Both the position numbers and the translations under genes were made by a program. From the NCBI GenBank assembly GCA_041613315.1, contig JBFJHJ010000001.1, forward strand, positions 32,001 to 96,000: 64,000 nucleotides of DNA, read 5' to 3'. The stretch comes from Gemmatimonadales bacterium. Its GTDB lineage: Bacteria; Gemmatimonadota; Gemmatimonadetes; Gemmatimonadales; GWC2-71-9. The notes beneath the pieces are model-generated. The model saw only the letters and a list, made by a program, of their open reading frames with translations. It was not told the DNA's origin and did not search any database. Each line of letters opens with the position of its first letter. The stretch's first letter is position 1. This document shows, one piece after another, positions 1 to 9,647 of this stretch.

Positions 1-1
1 C

Positions 2-583
2 TCGCTGCGAACCCGGGAGCGGACGGAAGGGGGTGCCTGGAGTGAATCCCGAGCGGCGCTGGACTCGGTCTGGTTCCAGCTGGACTTCGACGCGCGGCTC
101 CGGCTGCGACGGGCCAACCGCGCTGACCGCGTGCCGGAAGCGGGTGCCCTGATGCACTTGATGACCGGTCTCCCCGGGCTCATCCTGCCCGAGCGCCCCC
201 TCCGAGTGGGCGAGCGCTGGTCGGTCGACATGGCGATGCCCCTGTCCGCGTGGGTGATGCGGCCGTCGAGCGCCGAACGCGAACCGCCGCTCAGGGGGGA
301 GGCGACCCTCACGGTGGACAGCGTGGTGGCGCGCACGCGAGACACCCTGGCGTATCTGAGCGTCGAGGGGACGATCGGCCCGGACACGCCGGACATCGCG
401 ACGGCCTCGGTGTACGGTGGCGGCGTAACTGGCACGCTCGTCTGGTCCACGGGGTGGCACGCCTTCGTCGCTGCCGCCACCCGCGTTCGTATGCACGTCG
501 CGGGGCCCGCCCCGCCGACGGCTGGCGGGCCGCGGCCGCAGGTGGCGATCGAGACGACGCTTCGCCAGCAGGTCCGCCCCTAG
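2..583 (+). CDS. Hypothetical protein, 5'-truncated by the window edge
   Basis: Frame of ORF 131..583 is open back to position 2. Stop lies 4 nt before the sbcD start. Confidence 0.65.
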   Translation, partial: SLRTRERTEGGAWSESRAALDSVWFQLDFDARLRLRRANRADRVPEAGALMHLMTGLPGLILPERPLRVGERWSVDMAMPLSAWVMRPSSAEREPPLRGEATLTVDSVVARTRDTLAYLSVEGTIGPDTPDIATASVYGGGVTGTLVWSTGWHAFVAAATRVRMHVAGPAPPTAGGPRPQVAIETTLRQQVRP

Positions 584-587
584 GGCC

Positions 588-1769
588 GTGAAGCTCGCGC
601 ACCTCGCCGACGTCCACCTGGGCTTTCGCCAGTACCACCGCCTGACGCCCACAGGAATCAATCACCGCGAAGCCGATGTCGCTCTCGCCTTCCGCCGTAC
701 GATCGATGACGTGATCGGCACGGGGCCGGACGCGGTCGTGATCGCGGGCGATCTGTTTCACAGCGTGCGGCCGACCAACACGGCGATCTTGGATGCGTTC
801 AATCAGCTCCGTCGGCTCCGCGAGGCACTGCCCGCTGCCCCCGTGGTGATCGTCGCCGGCGATCATGACACGCCGCGCTCGGTCGAGACCGGCACGATCT
901 TGCGGCTCTTCGAGGCCCTCGGCGTTCATGTGGTCGCTGCGGAAGCGCGGGAACTCGTGTTCGGCGACCTGGACCTCCGGCTCTTGTGCGTGCCGCATGC
1001 GGCGCTCGTGAGCGGCGGGCGGCCCACCCTCACCCCCAAAGGTGGAGGCACGACCGTGCTGGTCACGCACGGCGAGGTCGCCGGCGTGCTCCCCGAGCAC
1101 GCCAGCGCCCGCGAGTTCGGCGGCAGCGTCATGGAGCCCTCCGAGCTGCATGCGGAGCGATGGGATTACGTGGCGCTCGGCCACTATCACGTTGCGCACC
1201 GGGTGCGGGACAACGCGTGGTACGCCGGCGCGCTGGAGCATGTCAGCCCCAACCCCTGGGGCGAGCTGCAGGACGAAGCGCGCGAGGGACGGCCCGGGCA
1301 GAAGGGATGGCTCCTCGTGGACCTGAGCGACGGCGCGCGCGTGACGTTCCGGCCGGTGGTGCAGGCCCGGCGCTTCATCGATCTGAAGCCGGTGCACGGC
1401 GACGGACTCACCGCGGACGAGATCCACGCGGCCATCCGCGAGCGGGTCGATGCGGTGGCCGGCGGCGTGACGGATCAGGTCGTGCGCCAACTCGTGTGGG
1501 ACGTGCCCCGTTCGGTGGCGCGAGACCTCGACCATGAGTGGATTCGCGCGGTCAAAGCTCGGGCCCTGCACTACCATCTGGATCTCCGGCGACCCCGCCC
1601 GCAGCGCGAGGTGGGCGTGGGCGCTCCGGGCGCGCGCCAGACGCTGAACGATCTTCTGGCGGAGTACCTCGGCCACCGGCCGCTCCCGGCCGAGCTCGAC
1701 CGGACGGCGCTGGTCGCGCTGGGGCGGCGGTATATGGAGGCGGTCGACCGCGAGGCCCAGGGGACGTAG
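588..1769 (+). CDS. sbcD: SbcD/Mre11-family metallophosphoesterase nuclease
   Basis: Motifs DVHLG, AGDLF, GDHD, THG and ALGHYH. Its stop abuts the SbcC start. Confidence 0.93.
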   Translation: MKLAHLADVHLGFRQYHRLTPTGINHREADVALAFRRTIDDVIGTGPDAVVIAGDLFHSVRPTNTAILDAFNQLRRLREALPAAPVVIVAGDHDTPRSVETGTILRLFEALGVHVVAAEARELVFGDLDLRLLCVPHAALVSGGRPTLTPKGGGTTVLVTHGEVAGVLPEHASAREFGGSVMEPSELHAERWDYVALGHYHVAHRVRDNAWYAGALEHVSPNPWGELQDEAREGRPGQKGWLLVDLSDGARVTFRPVVQARRFIDLKPVHGDGLTADEIHAAIRERVDAVAGGVTDQVVRQLVWDVPRSVARDLDHEWIRAVKARALHYHLDLRRPRPQREVGVGAPGARQTLNDLLAEYLGHRPLPAELDRTALVALGRRYMEAVDREAQGT

Positions 1770-4199
1770 ATGCAGCTCCACCGTCTCCGCCTCGAGAACT
1801 TTCGCCAGCACGCGCAGACCGAGATCGTGTTCGGTCCCGGCATCACGGCGATCATCGGGCCCAACGGCGTGGGGAAGACCACACTGCTCGAGGCGATCGC
1901 CTGGGCGTTCTACGGCGCCTCCGCGGCCAGGGGCAGCCGCGACACCATCCGCTGGCACCACGCCCCCGCCCGGGCATCCGTTCGCGTGGACGTCGAATTC
2001 ACCCTGGGCGCCCACGAGTTCCGCGTCGTCCGAGGCCTCTACACGGCGGAGTTGTTCCAGGACGGTGCGGAGCAGCCGATCGTCATCAGTCATCAGGAGG
2101 TCAGCGCCCGGATCGAGCGTTTCCTCGGCATGACGCGAGAGGAGTTCTTCAATACGTATTTCACCGGACAAAAAGAGCTCGCGGTCATGGCGGCGATGGG
2201 ACCGACCGACCGCGCGCGCTTCCTCTCGCACGTGCTGGGGTACGACAAGCTACGGGTGGCGCAGGACCGCCTCCGGGAGGTGCGGTCCGGCCTGCGCGGA
2301 GAGCTCGCGGGCCTTGAGCGGGGGCTGGTCGATGCGGACGAGCTCTCGCGGGAACGGGAGACGGCGGTTGCCCGACTCGCCGCGGTCAGCCGGGCCGTGG
2401 AGGAAGGGCGCACGCGGCAGGGCGCGGCGCGTCTCGCGCTCGAGCGGGAAGGCCCAGCGTGGACCCGCGCCGTCGAGATACGAGAGTCGGCGCTCTCGCT
2501 GGATGGGGAGCGACGGGTGGCGGAACGGGATGTGGACGAGGCGCGTCGCGCATTCGAGCGGCTTGACCGCGAGCTCGCCGAGGCGCTGGCGGCGAAGGAC
2601 CGGCTGGCGACGCTCGCGCCGGAACTCGACCAGGTGGCGCCCCTCAAAGCGGACCTCGAGCGCCTCGAGCGGGAGGCGCAGGGGGCCGGCCGCCGCCGGG
2701 CGTTGGAGGGACAGCAGCGCGAGGTCGCGGACCAGGTGGCCCATGTGCGGGAGCGACTGGCTGGAGCGCAGGACGCGCCGCCCCGGCTCGACGCCGCGCA
2801 GCGCGCGCTTGCGCCGGCCCGTGAGACGCTCACGGTGGCGGAGGCGGCGGAGGAGACGGCGCGGACGGCGTGGGTGCGGGACCGGCAGGACGCGGAAACG
2901 AAGCGGCAGACGTTCCGAGACCAGTATGCCGACGTGCAGAAGCACCGCCATGCGGTCGTGGAGGCCGGGTCGGAGGGAGCGTGTCCGGTGTGCAAGCGCG
3001 CGCTGGGCGCCGTGTATCAGGAAGTGCTCGACACGTTGGAACGACAGCTGGAGGAGATCGAGGTCAAGGGCAAGTTCTTCCGGCAGCGCTACGAGCAACT
3101 CGGCACGGAGCCGGCGGAGGTTCGCGAGGCGCAGCGCCGAGCGGTTGCCGCGGCACGGCGCGTGGAAGAGGCCGTGCAGGACGTGGCGCGGTGGGAGGCG
3201 CGGGAGCGGGAGCGGGCCGAGTTGGATACGGAAGTCGCGCGGCTCGAGGAACACCGCCGGGCACTCGAGCGCGAGGTGGCGGCGCTCCCGGACACGTATG
3301 ATGCGGAACGGCACGACACGGTACGCCAGCGGCTCCGGGCGCTGGAGCCCACGATCCAGCAGGCGGCAGAGGTGCGGGGGAAGGCCGAGCGGGCCGAGCG
3401 GCTGGTCACGGAGGCCGAAGCGGCCGAGAAGGCGCTCTCTCAGTGCGAGCAGCGCGTCAAGGATCTGCAGGCAGCCCTGGCCGATCTGGGGTACAGTGAG
3501 GAGCGTTACCATGAGGCGCGGTCGCGCTACGAGGCCGCTGCGGCCGCGGTACGGGAGGCGGACCTGGAACTGGCGTCGGTGCAGGGAGATCTGCGGGCCT
3601 GTGAGGCGACGCTGGAGGCAGTGGCGCGGCGCATCAAGGAACGGGAGGAACGGGCGGCGCGCCTTGTGGGCGTCCGGCGGGAGCTGGATCTCCACGACGA
3701 GCTGGACCAGACGCTCCACGACCTCCGGCTGGAGCTCAATGCGGCCATGCGGCCGGATCTGTCCGAGCGGGCGTCCGAGTTCCTCGCCGACTTGACGGAC
3801 GGTCGCTATCACGAGCTGGAACTGGACGAGCAGTACCGGGTGCTGGTCATCGAAGACGGCGTCCCCAAACCCGTGATGTCCGGGGGCGAGGAGGATCTGA
3901 CCAACCTGGTCCTGCGACTGGCGATCAGCCAGATGGTGGCCGAACGCGCAGGACAGCCCTTGTCCTTGCTCGTGCTCGATGAAATCTTCGGGAGTCTGGA
4001 CGAGCATCGGCGGCGCAACGTGGTGGAGCTGCTCCGGCGGCTCGGTGACCGGTTCCCGCAGGTGGTGCTCATTACGCACGTCGAGTCGGTACGCGACGGC
4101 GTCGACCGGGTGCTTCGGGTGGCGTTCGACGAAGAGCGCGGGGCCGCGGTCGTGACCGACGACGAGGAGGTTCCAGTCGGTGAAGATGTGGCGGCCTGA
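1770..4199 (+). CDS. sbcC: SbcC/Rad50-family SMC ATPase
   Basis: Walker A GPNGVGKTT, coiled coils, central CPVC zinc hook, MSGGE signature, Walker B LVLDEIFGSLD, LITH H-loop. Confidence 0.93.
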   Translation: MQLHRLRLENFRQHAQTEIVFGPGITAIIGPNGVGKTTLLEAIAWAFYGASAARGSRDTIRWHHAPARASVRVDVEFTLGAHEFRVVRGLYTAELFQDGAEQPIVISHQEVSARIERFLGMTREEFFNTYFTGQKELAVMAAMGPTDRARFLSHVLGYDKLRVAQDRLREVRSGLRGELAGLERGLVDADELSRERETAVARLAAVSRAVEEGRTRQGAARLALEREGPAWTRAVEIRESALSLDGERRVAERDVDEARRAFERLDRELAEALAAKDRLATLAPELDQVAPLKADLERLEREAQGAGRRRALEGQQREVADQVAHVRERLAGAQDAPPRLDAAQRALAPARETLTVAEAAEETARTAWVRDRQDAETKRQTFRDQYADVQKHRHAVVEAGSEGACPVCKRALGAVYQEVLDTLERQLEEIEVKGKFFRQRYEQLGTEPAEVREAQRRAVAAARRVEEAVQDVARWEARERERAELDTEVARLEEHRRALEREVAALPDTYDAERHDTVRQRLRALEPTIQQAAEVRGKAERAERLVTEAEAAEKALSQCEQRVKDLQAALADLGYSEERYHEARSRYEAAAAAVREADLELASVQGDLRACEATLEAVARRIKEREERAARLVGVRRELDLHDELDQTLHDLRLELNAAMRPDLSERASEFLADLTDGRYHELELDEQYRVLVIEDGVPKPVMSGGEEDLTNLVLRLAISQMVAERAGQPLSLLVLDEIFGSLDEHRRRNVVELLRRLGDRFPQVVLITHVESVRDGVDRVLRVAFDEERGAAVVTDDEEVPVGEDVAA

Positions 4200-5154
4200 G
4201 CGTGTCGTGCAGGGCCCGCGCGTGGCGTCACTCGAGGACATCCCGGCGCTCAACCGGGTGTTCTCGGATGCGTTCACCGACCGATACCGTCGGGACGGGC
4301 TGGTTGGGGTGCGAGTTCCCCAGTTGAACCCCGATATCTGGCGCTACGCGCTCGAGGATGCCGGCGACGGGGCGATGCTCTGGTACGACGAGAGCGGGGA
4401 GATCATCGCGTTCAACATCGCGCACCGCTCCGGCACCGAGGGGTGGATGGGCCCCCTCGCGGTCCGAGCCGACCGCCAGGGCCTGGGTCTTGGGCGCACG
4501 ATCGTCGAGACGGCGGTCGACTGGCTTCTGGAGCGCGGTGTCACGACGCTGGGGCTTGAGACGATGCCGCGAACCGTGGACAACATCGGTTTCTATGGCC
4601 GGTTGGGCTTTCTCCCCACGTATCTGACGGTGACGATGACCGGCGAGCCCGGTCGACGCAACGTCGCCGGCCGGTTCCAGCGAGTGGGCGCGCTCCCGCC
4701 ACACGCCAAGCGGGACATCGTGGCCCGGTGCCGCGAGCGGCTGACGCAAGCCGCCCCGGGCTACGATTTCAGCCGCGAGATGGAGCTGACCGACGAGTTG
4801 GGGATCGGCGACACCGTGGTACTCGAGCGAAACGGTGTCGTGGCGGGCTTCGCCCTGTGGCACTCGGCGCCGCTCGCCGAAGTGCGCCCCACGGATGAGC
4901 TCAGGATCCTCAAGCTGTTCGCCGACTCGACCGATGCGTTCGGGCGCCTGCTCGTGATGCTCGATGCCTGCGCCGCGGCGCTCGGGATCCGCCGCGTCGC
5001 CATCCGGTGCCAGACCGCCTACGCGGACGCCTACCACACCCTGCTGGCGCGGGAGTACCGCGTGCGCTGGACGGACCTCCGTATGACCTACGCGAGCTTC
5101 CGCGAAGCAACGCCGCCCGCGGGGCACGTGCTGTTTTCGAACTGGGAGATCTGA
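4186..5154 (+). CDS. GNAT-family N-acetyltransferase (probably tandem GNAT)
   Basis: Acetyl-CoA motif LAVRADRQGLGLG and NIGFYGRLGF. Overlaps the sbcC end. Alternative start at GTG 4180. Confidence 0.85.
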   Translation: MWRPERVVQGPRVASLEDIPALNRVFSDAFTDRYRRDGLVGVRVPQLNPDIWRYALEDAGDGAMLWYDESGEIIAFNIAHRSGTEGWMGPLAVRADRQGLGLGRTIVETAVDWLLERGVTTLGLETMPRTVDNIGFYGRLGFLPTYLTVTMTGEPGRRNVAGRFQRVGALPPHAKRDIVARCRERLTQAAPGYDFSREMELTDELGIGDTVVLERNGVVAGFALWHSAPLAEVRPTDELRILKLFADSTDAFGRLLVMLDACAAALGIRRVAIRCQTAYADAYHTLLAREYRVRWTDLRMTYASFREATPPAGHVLFSNWEI

Positions 5155-5156
5155 GC

Positions 5157-5315
5157 CTACCGCTGGGCGCGATCCCGATCCACGATCCCCTTGACGAGGA
5201 AGACCGTGCCGACGGCGAGCGGCACGTGCACCCATCCACTGGGGACCGCCCACACGAACGCCAGCGCCAGCCACAGTACGAGACAGCCCAGCGCGAGCGC
5301 GAACGCCCGGTTCAT
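5157..5315 (-). CDS. Small membrane protein (52 aa, two hydrophobic segments)
   Basis: MNRAFALALGCLVLWLALAFVWAVPSGWVHVPLAVGTVFLVKGIV; GGAGG upstream of the ATG. Confidence 0.65.
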   Translation of the reverse strand: MNRAFALALGCLVLWLALAFVWAVPSGWVHVPLAVGTVFLVKGIVDRDRAQR

Positions 5316-5454
5316 TCCGGTGCCTCCCGTCGGGGGAGCCGGCGGACGCAGACGTGCCGAATGACGCGAGCGTGCCGGCGAGCCTTGGCAAGGTACGCGA
5401 CCGACGGCGGACCGCAATACTCCCGAGAATAAGCGACAGCGGTGCTGGGCGCGC

Positions 5455-5483
5455 TTGACGGTCATCAGCGGTGTTTCTATATT
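5455..5483 (+). promoter_or_regulatory. Sigma70-type promoter for the 6S-like RNA
   Basis: TTGACG-17 nt-TATATT, 8 nt before the RNA closing stem. Confidence 0.75.
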
Positions 5484-5491
5484 CGCGCACT

Positions 5492-5653
5492 CGCGGGGGT
5501 GGGGAGCAACATTATTGAGCCAACAAGCTCGACAGCGCGTCCAGGTGCGGCGGTGGATGTCATGCCCCGCTGGGGAAGGCAGAAGTCGCGGCTAGGGCGC
5601 GATAGATGTGTGTTCGGGCTTCAATAATCCTCTTCGCTCCCGTTTTCCCCGCG
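5492..5653 (+). ncRNA. ssrS: Putative 6S RNA
   Basis: About 160-nt rod: CGCGGGG/CCCCGCG, GGGAGC/GCTCCC and ATTATTGAGCC/GGCTTCAATAAT pair up around a central bubble and apical stem. UGAGCC-AACA and GGGCUUCAA resemble the bubble-flanking motifs of E. coli 6S. Confidence 0.72.
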
Positions 5654-5678
5654 CTTCCATGGGCGGGGAACTTCTGAC

Positions 5679-5709
5679 GGCGGCTCGGCGCGTGTGACGC
5701 CGGGCCGCC
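5679..5709 (+). terminator. 12-bp GC hairpin, possible terminator or processing site after the 6S-like RNA
   Basis: GGCGGCTCGGCG-N7-CGCCGGGCCGCC with only a weak U tail (ATTCGCTT). Confidence 0.5.
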
Positions 5710-5804
5710 ATTCGCTTGCCGGCCCGGTCGAGTAGATTACGCTGCTTCCACGGACGCCGCTGCGTGGACGTGGCAGGCGACGTCACGACGAAAGGACGGC
5801 GCTG

Positions 5805-6416
5805 GTGTCCCAGGATCCCAAGATCGTCTCGCTCAAAGAATCCGCCGCGGTCGACGGCGAACTCCGCCGCCTGGTGCGCCGGCTGCTCGAGCTCATTGGA
5901 GAGGATCCTTTGCGCGAGGGGCTGGTGCGCACGCCGGCCCGCGTGGAGGAGTCTCTCCAGTGGCTCACCCGGGGCTACCAAGAGTCGCTGGAGCAGGTGG
6001 TGGAAGGCGCGATCTTTCGGGAGTCGCACGACAACATGATCATGGTGCGCGACATCGAGATCTACTCGCTGTGCGAGCACCACATCCTGCCGTTCTTCGG
6101 GAAGGCGCATGTGGCGTACCTGCCCGCCGGGAAGATCATTGGTCTCTCGAAGATCCCGCGGATCGTGGACATCTTCGCCCGCCGGCTGCAGATCCAGGAG
6201 CGGCTCACCGACCAGGTGGCGGATGCCATCTGCGACGTGCTGGAACCCCGTGGGGTGGGGGTCGTGATCGAGGCGTATCACCTGTGCATGATGATGCGTG
6301 GCGTCGAGAAGCAGAACTCGAAGACCGTCACCAGCGCCCTGCGCGGCCACTTCCATGACGGCAAGACGCGGGACGAGTTCTTGCGGCTGGCCCACGGAGG
6401 GAACTGGCTCGGGTGA
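5805..6416 (+). CDS. folE: GTP cyclohydrolase I
   Basis: [47 protein letters not shown]. Confidence 0.97.
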   Translation: MSQDPKIVSLKESAAVDGELRRLVRRLLELIGEDPLREGLVRTPARVEESLQWLTRGYQESLEQVVEGAIFRESHDNMIMVRDIEIYSLCEHHILPFFGKAHVAYLPAGKIIGLSKIPRIVDIFARRLQIQERLTDQVADAICDVLEPRGVGVVIEAYHLCMMMRGVEKQNSKTVTSALRGHFHDGKTRDEFLRLAHGGNWLG

Positions 6417-7111
6417 GCGACCTCGCCGGCAAGGTCGCGCTGGTCACGGGCGCGAGCCGGGGCATCGGACTGGCCATCGCCGAGCGCCTCGAGGAAGCGG
6501 GAGCGCATGTCGTGCGACTGGCGCGCAGTCTCACACCCGCGACGACCGCAACCCGGACCGACATCTCCTGCGACGTGACCGACGCCGCGGCCGTGCGGCG
6601 CGCCGTGCAGCAGCTGGTGGCGGCGGGACATGTGCCCGACATCGTGATCAACAACGCGGGCAGCTTCTTGTTGAAGCCGCTGGGCGAGACCACCGCCGAC
6701 GAATTCGAGAACCAGCTCGCCGTGAACCTCGTCGGCCCCTTCCACGTGCTCCGCGCCCTCCTTCCCTATTTGACCCAGCGTGACCGGGCGCATGTCGTGA
6801 CGATCGGCAGTGTCGCCGATCACCGGCCCTACGCAGGTAATGCGGCGTACGGCGCCAGCAAGTACGGCGTTCGGGGGCTGCACGAGGTACTGGTGGAAGA
6901 GTTGCGCGGCCAAGGCATCCGCACCACGCTCATTTCGCCGGGACCCACCGACACCCGGCTGTGGGATCCGCTGGAGCCTGAGCGGCGCGACGATGTCCCG
7001 CCGCGGGAGGCGATGCTCCACCCCGAAGACGTGGCCGACGCGGTGCTGTACGTCCTCACCCGCCCGCCACGCGTGAGCATCGAATGGGTGCGGCTCATGC
7101 CGGTGGTGTGA
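6413..7111 (+). CDS. Short-chain dehydrogenase/reductase
   Basis: [21 protein letters not shown] overlap with folE. Confidence 0.92.
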   Translation: MSDLAGKVALVTGASRGIGLAIAERLEEAGAHVVRLARSLTPATTATRTDISCDVTDAAAVRRAVQQLVAAGHVPDIVINNAGSFLLKPLGETTADEFENQLAVNLVGPFHVLRALLPYLTQRDRAHVVTIGSVADHRPYAGNAAYGASKYGVRGLHEVLVEELRGQGIRTTLISPGPTDTRLWDPLEPERRDDVPPREAMLHPEDVADAVLYVLTRPPRVSIEWVRLMPVV

Positions 7112-7219
7112 TCCCCGCGGCCCACCGTTTCGCTCCCGTTCACCATTCTCCGGCGCCCCGCGTCCACCGCCGGTCGGCCTTCCGGGTCGGCGTCGCGCCC
7201 CCGATGGGGGGCGACCGCC

Positions 7220-7831
7220 ATGTTCATCGAGCTCGCTGAGTTCCTTCGCTGCCCCGAGGGGCACCCGGACGAGCCGTATTGTGTGGTGGCGCCGGACGTC
7301 ATGGTGGAGCGGCGCGTCGTGCGGGGCTCCGTCGGCTGCCCGGTGTGCCGCCGGGAATACGGAATCGCCGCCGGTGTGGTCGATTTCGGTGCGGGGTTCG
7401 GCGGCGCACCGCCCGCGACGGAGCCCGCCGGTGGGGGAGCGCTCCCGGACGCGGCGGTCGTGCAGGCGCTCCTGGGGCTGGAGAGCACCGGTGGGTACGT
7501 GGTCCTGTTCGGGTCGGCGGCGCACCTGGCGATGGGGTTGGCGGCGCTACGGCCGGGGGTCCATCTCGTGGGGGTGAATGCGCCGCCCGAGGTGGAGCCG
7601 TCGCCGGCCTTCAGCCTCCTCCGGCATCCCGCAGTCGCCCCGTTGCGATCGGCGATGGCGCGAGGCGTCGTCATGGGGCGTGAGACGACCGTGCCGTCAT
7701 GGTTGGCCGAGGGCGCTCGGGTCTTGCTTCGTGGGCAGCGGCTCGTCGCGCTGCGAGAAGCGGTGGCGGTGCCAGGCGTGGCGACGTTGGCGGACGGTCA
7801 GGGGCTTTGGGTGGGCCAGAAGACGTTATGA
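7220..7831 (+). CDS. Hypothetical protein with Trm112-like N-terminus
   Basis: LRCP...GSVGCPVCRREYGIAAGV pattern followed by an alpha/beta region. Confidence 0.7.
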   Translation: MFIELAEFLRCPEGHPDEPYCVVAPDVMVERRVVRGSVGCPVCRREYGIAAGVVDFGAGFGGAPPATEPAGGGALPDAAVVQALLGLESTGGYVVLFGSAAHLAMGLAALRPGVHLVGVNAPPEVEPSPAFSLLRHPAVAPLRSAMARGVVMGRETTVPSWLAEGARVLLRGQRLVALREAVAVPGVATLADGQGLWVGQKTL

Positions 7832-7841
7832 CGTGGTGCCG

Positions 7842-9647
7842 TCAGTCTACTTCCTCGTAGAGCTGATCGATACGGTCCTGGTAGTGCTCTTCGACCACCC
7901 GTCGCTTGACCTTGAGCGTCGGGGTCAACTCACCGCTCTCGATGGTGAAGTCGTTCCGGATCACGAGGACCTTCTTCGGCATCTCGAAGCTGGCCAGGTC
8001 CCGGAGATTTCCCATCACCTCCCGCTCGAGTTTCGCCACCACGTCCGGCTGCTGCAGGAACTCGTCGACGTCGCCCACCGGTAGGCGGCGGTCCGCAGCC
8101 CACTCCCTGAGCGCGTCCATGTTGGGCACGACCAGCAGCGCGGGGAAGCGCCGCTTGTTGCCGATCATCACGGCGTTCAGCACGAACTTGTTCGTCTTGA
8201 TCAGGTTTTCGATCGGCTGCGGCGCCACCTTCTTCCCACCGGCCGTTACGATCAAGTCCTTCTTCCGGTCGGTGATCTTCAGGAATCCGTCCTCGTCGAT
8301 CGTGCCGATATCGCCCGTGTGGAGCCAGCCGTCGGCATCGATCGCATCGGCCGTCGCGTCGGGTTGCTGGTAATAGCCCGCCATGATGTTCGGTCCGCGG
8401 GCGAGGACCTCGCCGTCCTCGGCGATGCGGACCTCGACGCCGGGGATCGGTCGGCCCACGGTGCCGATACGCGGCTCCTCGAGCGTATTCACGGTGATCA
8501 CCGGCGAGCTTTCCGTCAGCCCGTACCCCTCCAAAATCGGGAGGCCGGCGGCGAAAAAGAACTTCGCGATCTCAGCGTTGAGGGGCGCCCCCCCTGAGAC
8601 GAAGAACCGGATCCGGTTGCCGGTCCGGGCGCGGAGCTTGGAGAACACCAAGCGGTCGGCGAGGCGCTTCTTGGTGGCGAGCCAGGCGGGCACGGAGCCG
8701 ACGCCCAGTTTACGCTCGACCCACGTTTCCGCGTTGCGCTTGGCCCAGAAGAAGATCCGGCGCTTGAGCGTGCTTCCTCTCATCGCACTCTCCAGGACGC
8801 GGGCGTAGATCTTCTCGAACAGGCGCGGCACCGAAAGCACCACCGTGGGCCGCACCTCCTGGAGGTTGTCCGCCACCTTGTCGATGCTCTCGGCGTAGTT
8901 GATGGTCACGCCCGAGTAAAACATCGTGTAGTGCCCCGCCATGCGCTCGAAGCTGTGGGAGAGGGGGAGGAGCGAGAGGCACGAGTCATCGGGTCCCACC
9001 GCCAGCATCGTGAGCGCGCTCACCACGTTCGAGGCGAAGTTGTGGTGCGTCAGCCTCACGCCTTTCGGCACGCCGGTCGTGCCCGACGTGTAGATCAGCG
9101 TGGCGAGGTCGTGCGGGGCCGCCGCCAGGGCCTCCTCCCGGTACGCCGGGTGCCTTCCCTCCGCGTTGGCGCCCCGCTGCAGCAGCTCCCGAAAACTCAG
9201 GACGCCGCGACCTTCCATGCCTTCCCGGACATCGAACACGATCACGTGCGCCAGCTCGGGGAGCTCGGCGCGCACCTCCGCAACCTTGTCGAATTGCTCG
9301 TCGTTCTCGACGAAGATCGCCCGCGACCCGGAGTCACGGAGCAGGTACGCGGCCTGTGCCGCCGGCAGCGTGGGGTAGATCGGTACGTCGGCCGCGAGGG
9401 CCGTGAGGCAGGCGAAATCCGCGATGGCCCATTCCGGCCGGTTGTTCGACAGGATGGCAACCCGATCGCCGGGCCGGATGCCGAGCTCGCGCAGACCGAG
9501 CGCTGTCCGATGGACGCGGCGCGCCAACTCCTGATGGGGGAGATCGTGCCACTCGCCATCCGCTTTGAAGCGCACGGCCGCGCGTTTCGTGCTAAAGCGG
9601 TCCACGGCCTCGAAGAAGAGCTGGTTCAGCGTCTGCGGCCCGTTCAC
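7842..9647 (-). CDS. Long-chain fatty acid-CoA ligase (AMP-binding)
   Basis: YTSGTTGVPKG, EGYGLTE, WLHTGD, DRKKD. GTG start at 9647 overlaps the upstream stop. Confidence 0.93.
   Translation of the reverse strand: MNGPQTLNQLFFEAVDRFSTKRAAVRFKADGEWHDLPHQELARRVHRTALGLRELGIRPGDRVAILSNNRPEWAIADFACLTALAADVPIYPTLPAAQAAYLLRDSGSRAIFVENDEQFDKVAEVRAELPELAHVIVFDVREGMEGRGVLSFRELLQRGANAEGRHPAYREEALAAAPHDLATLIYTSGTTGVPKGVRLTHHNFASNVVSALTMLAVGPDDSCLSLLPLSHSFERMAGHYTMFYSGVTINYAESIDKVADNLQEVRPTVVLSVPRLFEKIYARVLESAMRGSTLKRRIFFWAKRNAETWVERKLGVGSVPAWLATKKRLADRLVFSKLRARTGNRIRFFVSGGAPLNAEIAKFFFAAGLPILEGYGLTESSPVITVNTLEEPRIGTVGRPIPGVEVRIAEDGEVLARGPNIMAGYYQQPDATADAIDADGWLHTGDIGTIDEDGFLKITDRKKDLIVTAGGKKVAPQPIENLIKTNKFVLNAVMIGNKRRFPALLVVPNMDALREWAADRRLPVGDVDEFLQQPDVVAKLEREVMGNLRDLASFEMPKKVLVIRNDFTIESGELTPTLKVKRRVVEEHYQDRIDQLYEEVD

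Noticed and set aside
588..4199. SMC-based defence system (Wadjet/Lamassu)
   Set aside because: Mre11-type nuclease plus zinc-hook ATPase is ordinary SbcCD; no kleisin or effector genes.
5492..5653. THF-II/folE riboswitch or SRP as the identity of the RNA
   Set aside because: Length, rod shape and bubble-flanking motifs fit 6S better; no SRP loop; it ends about 150 nt from the folE start.
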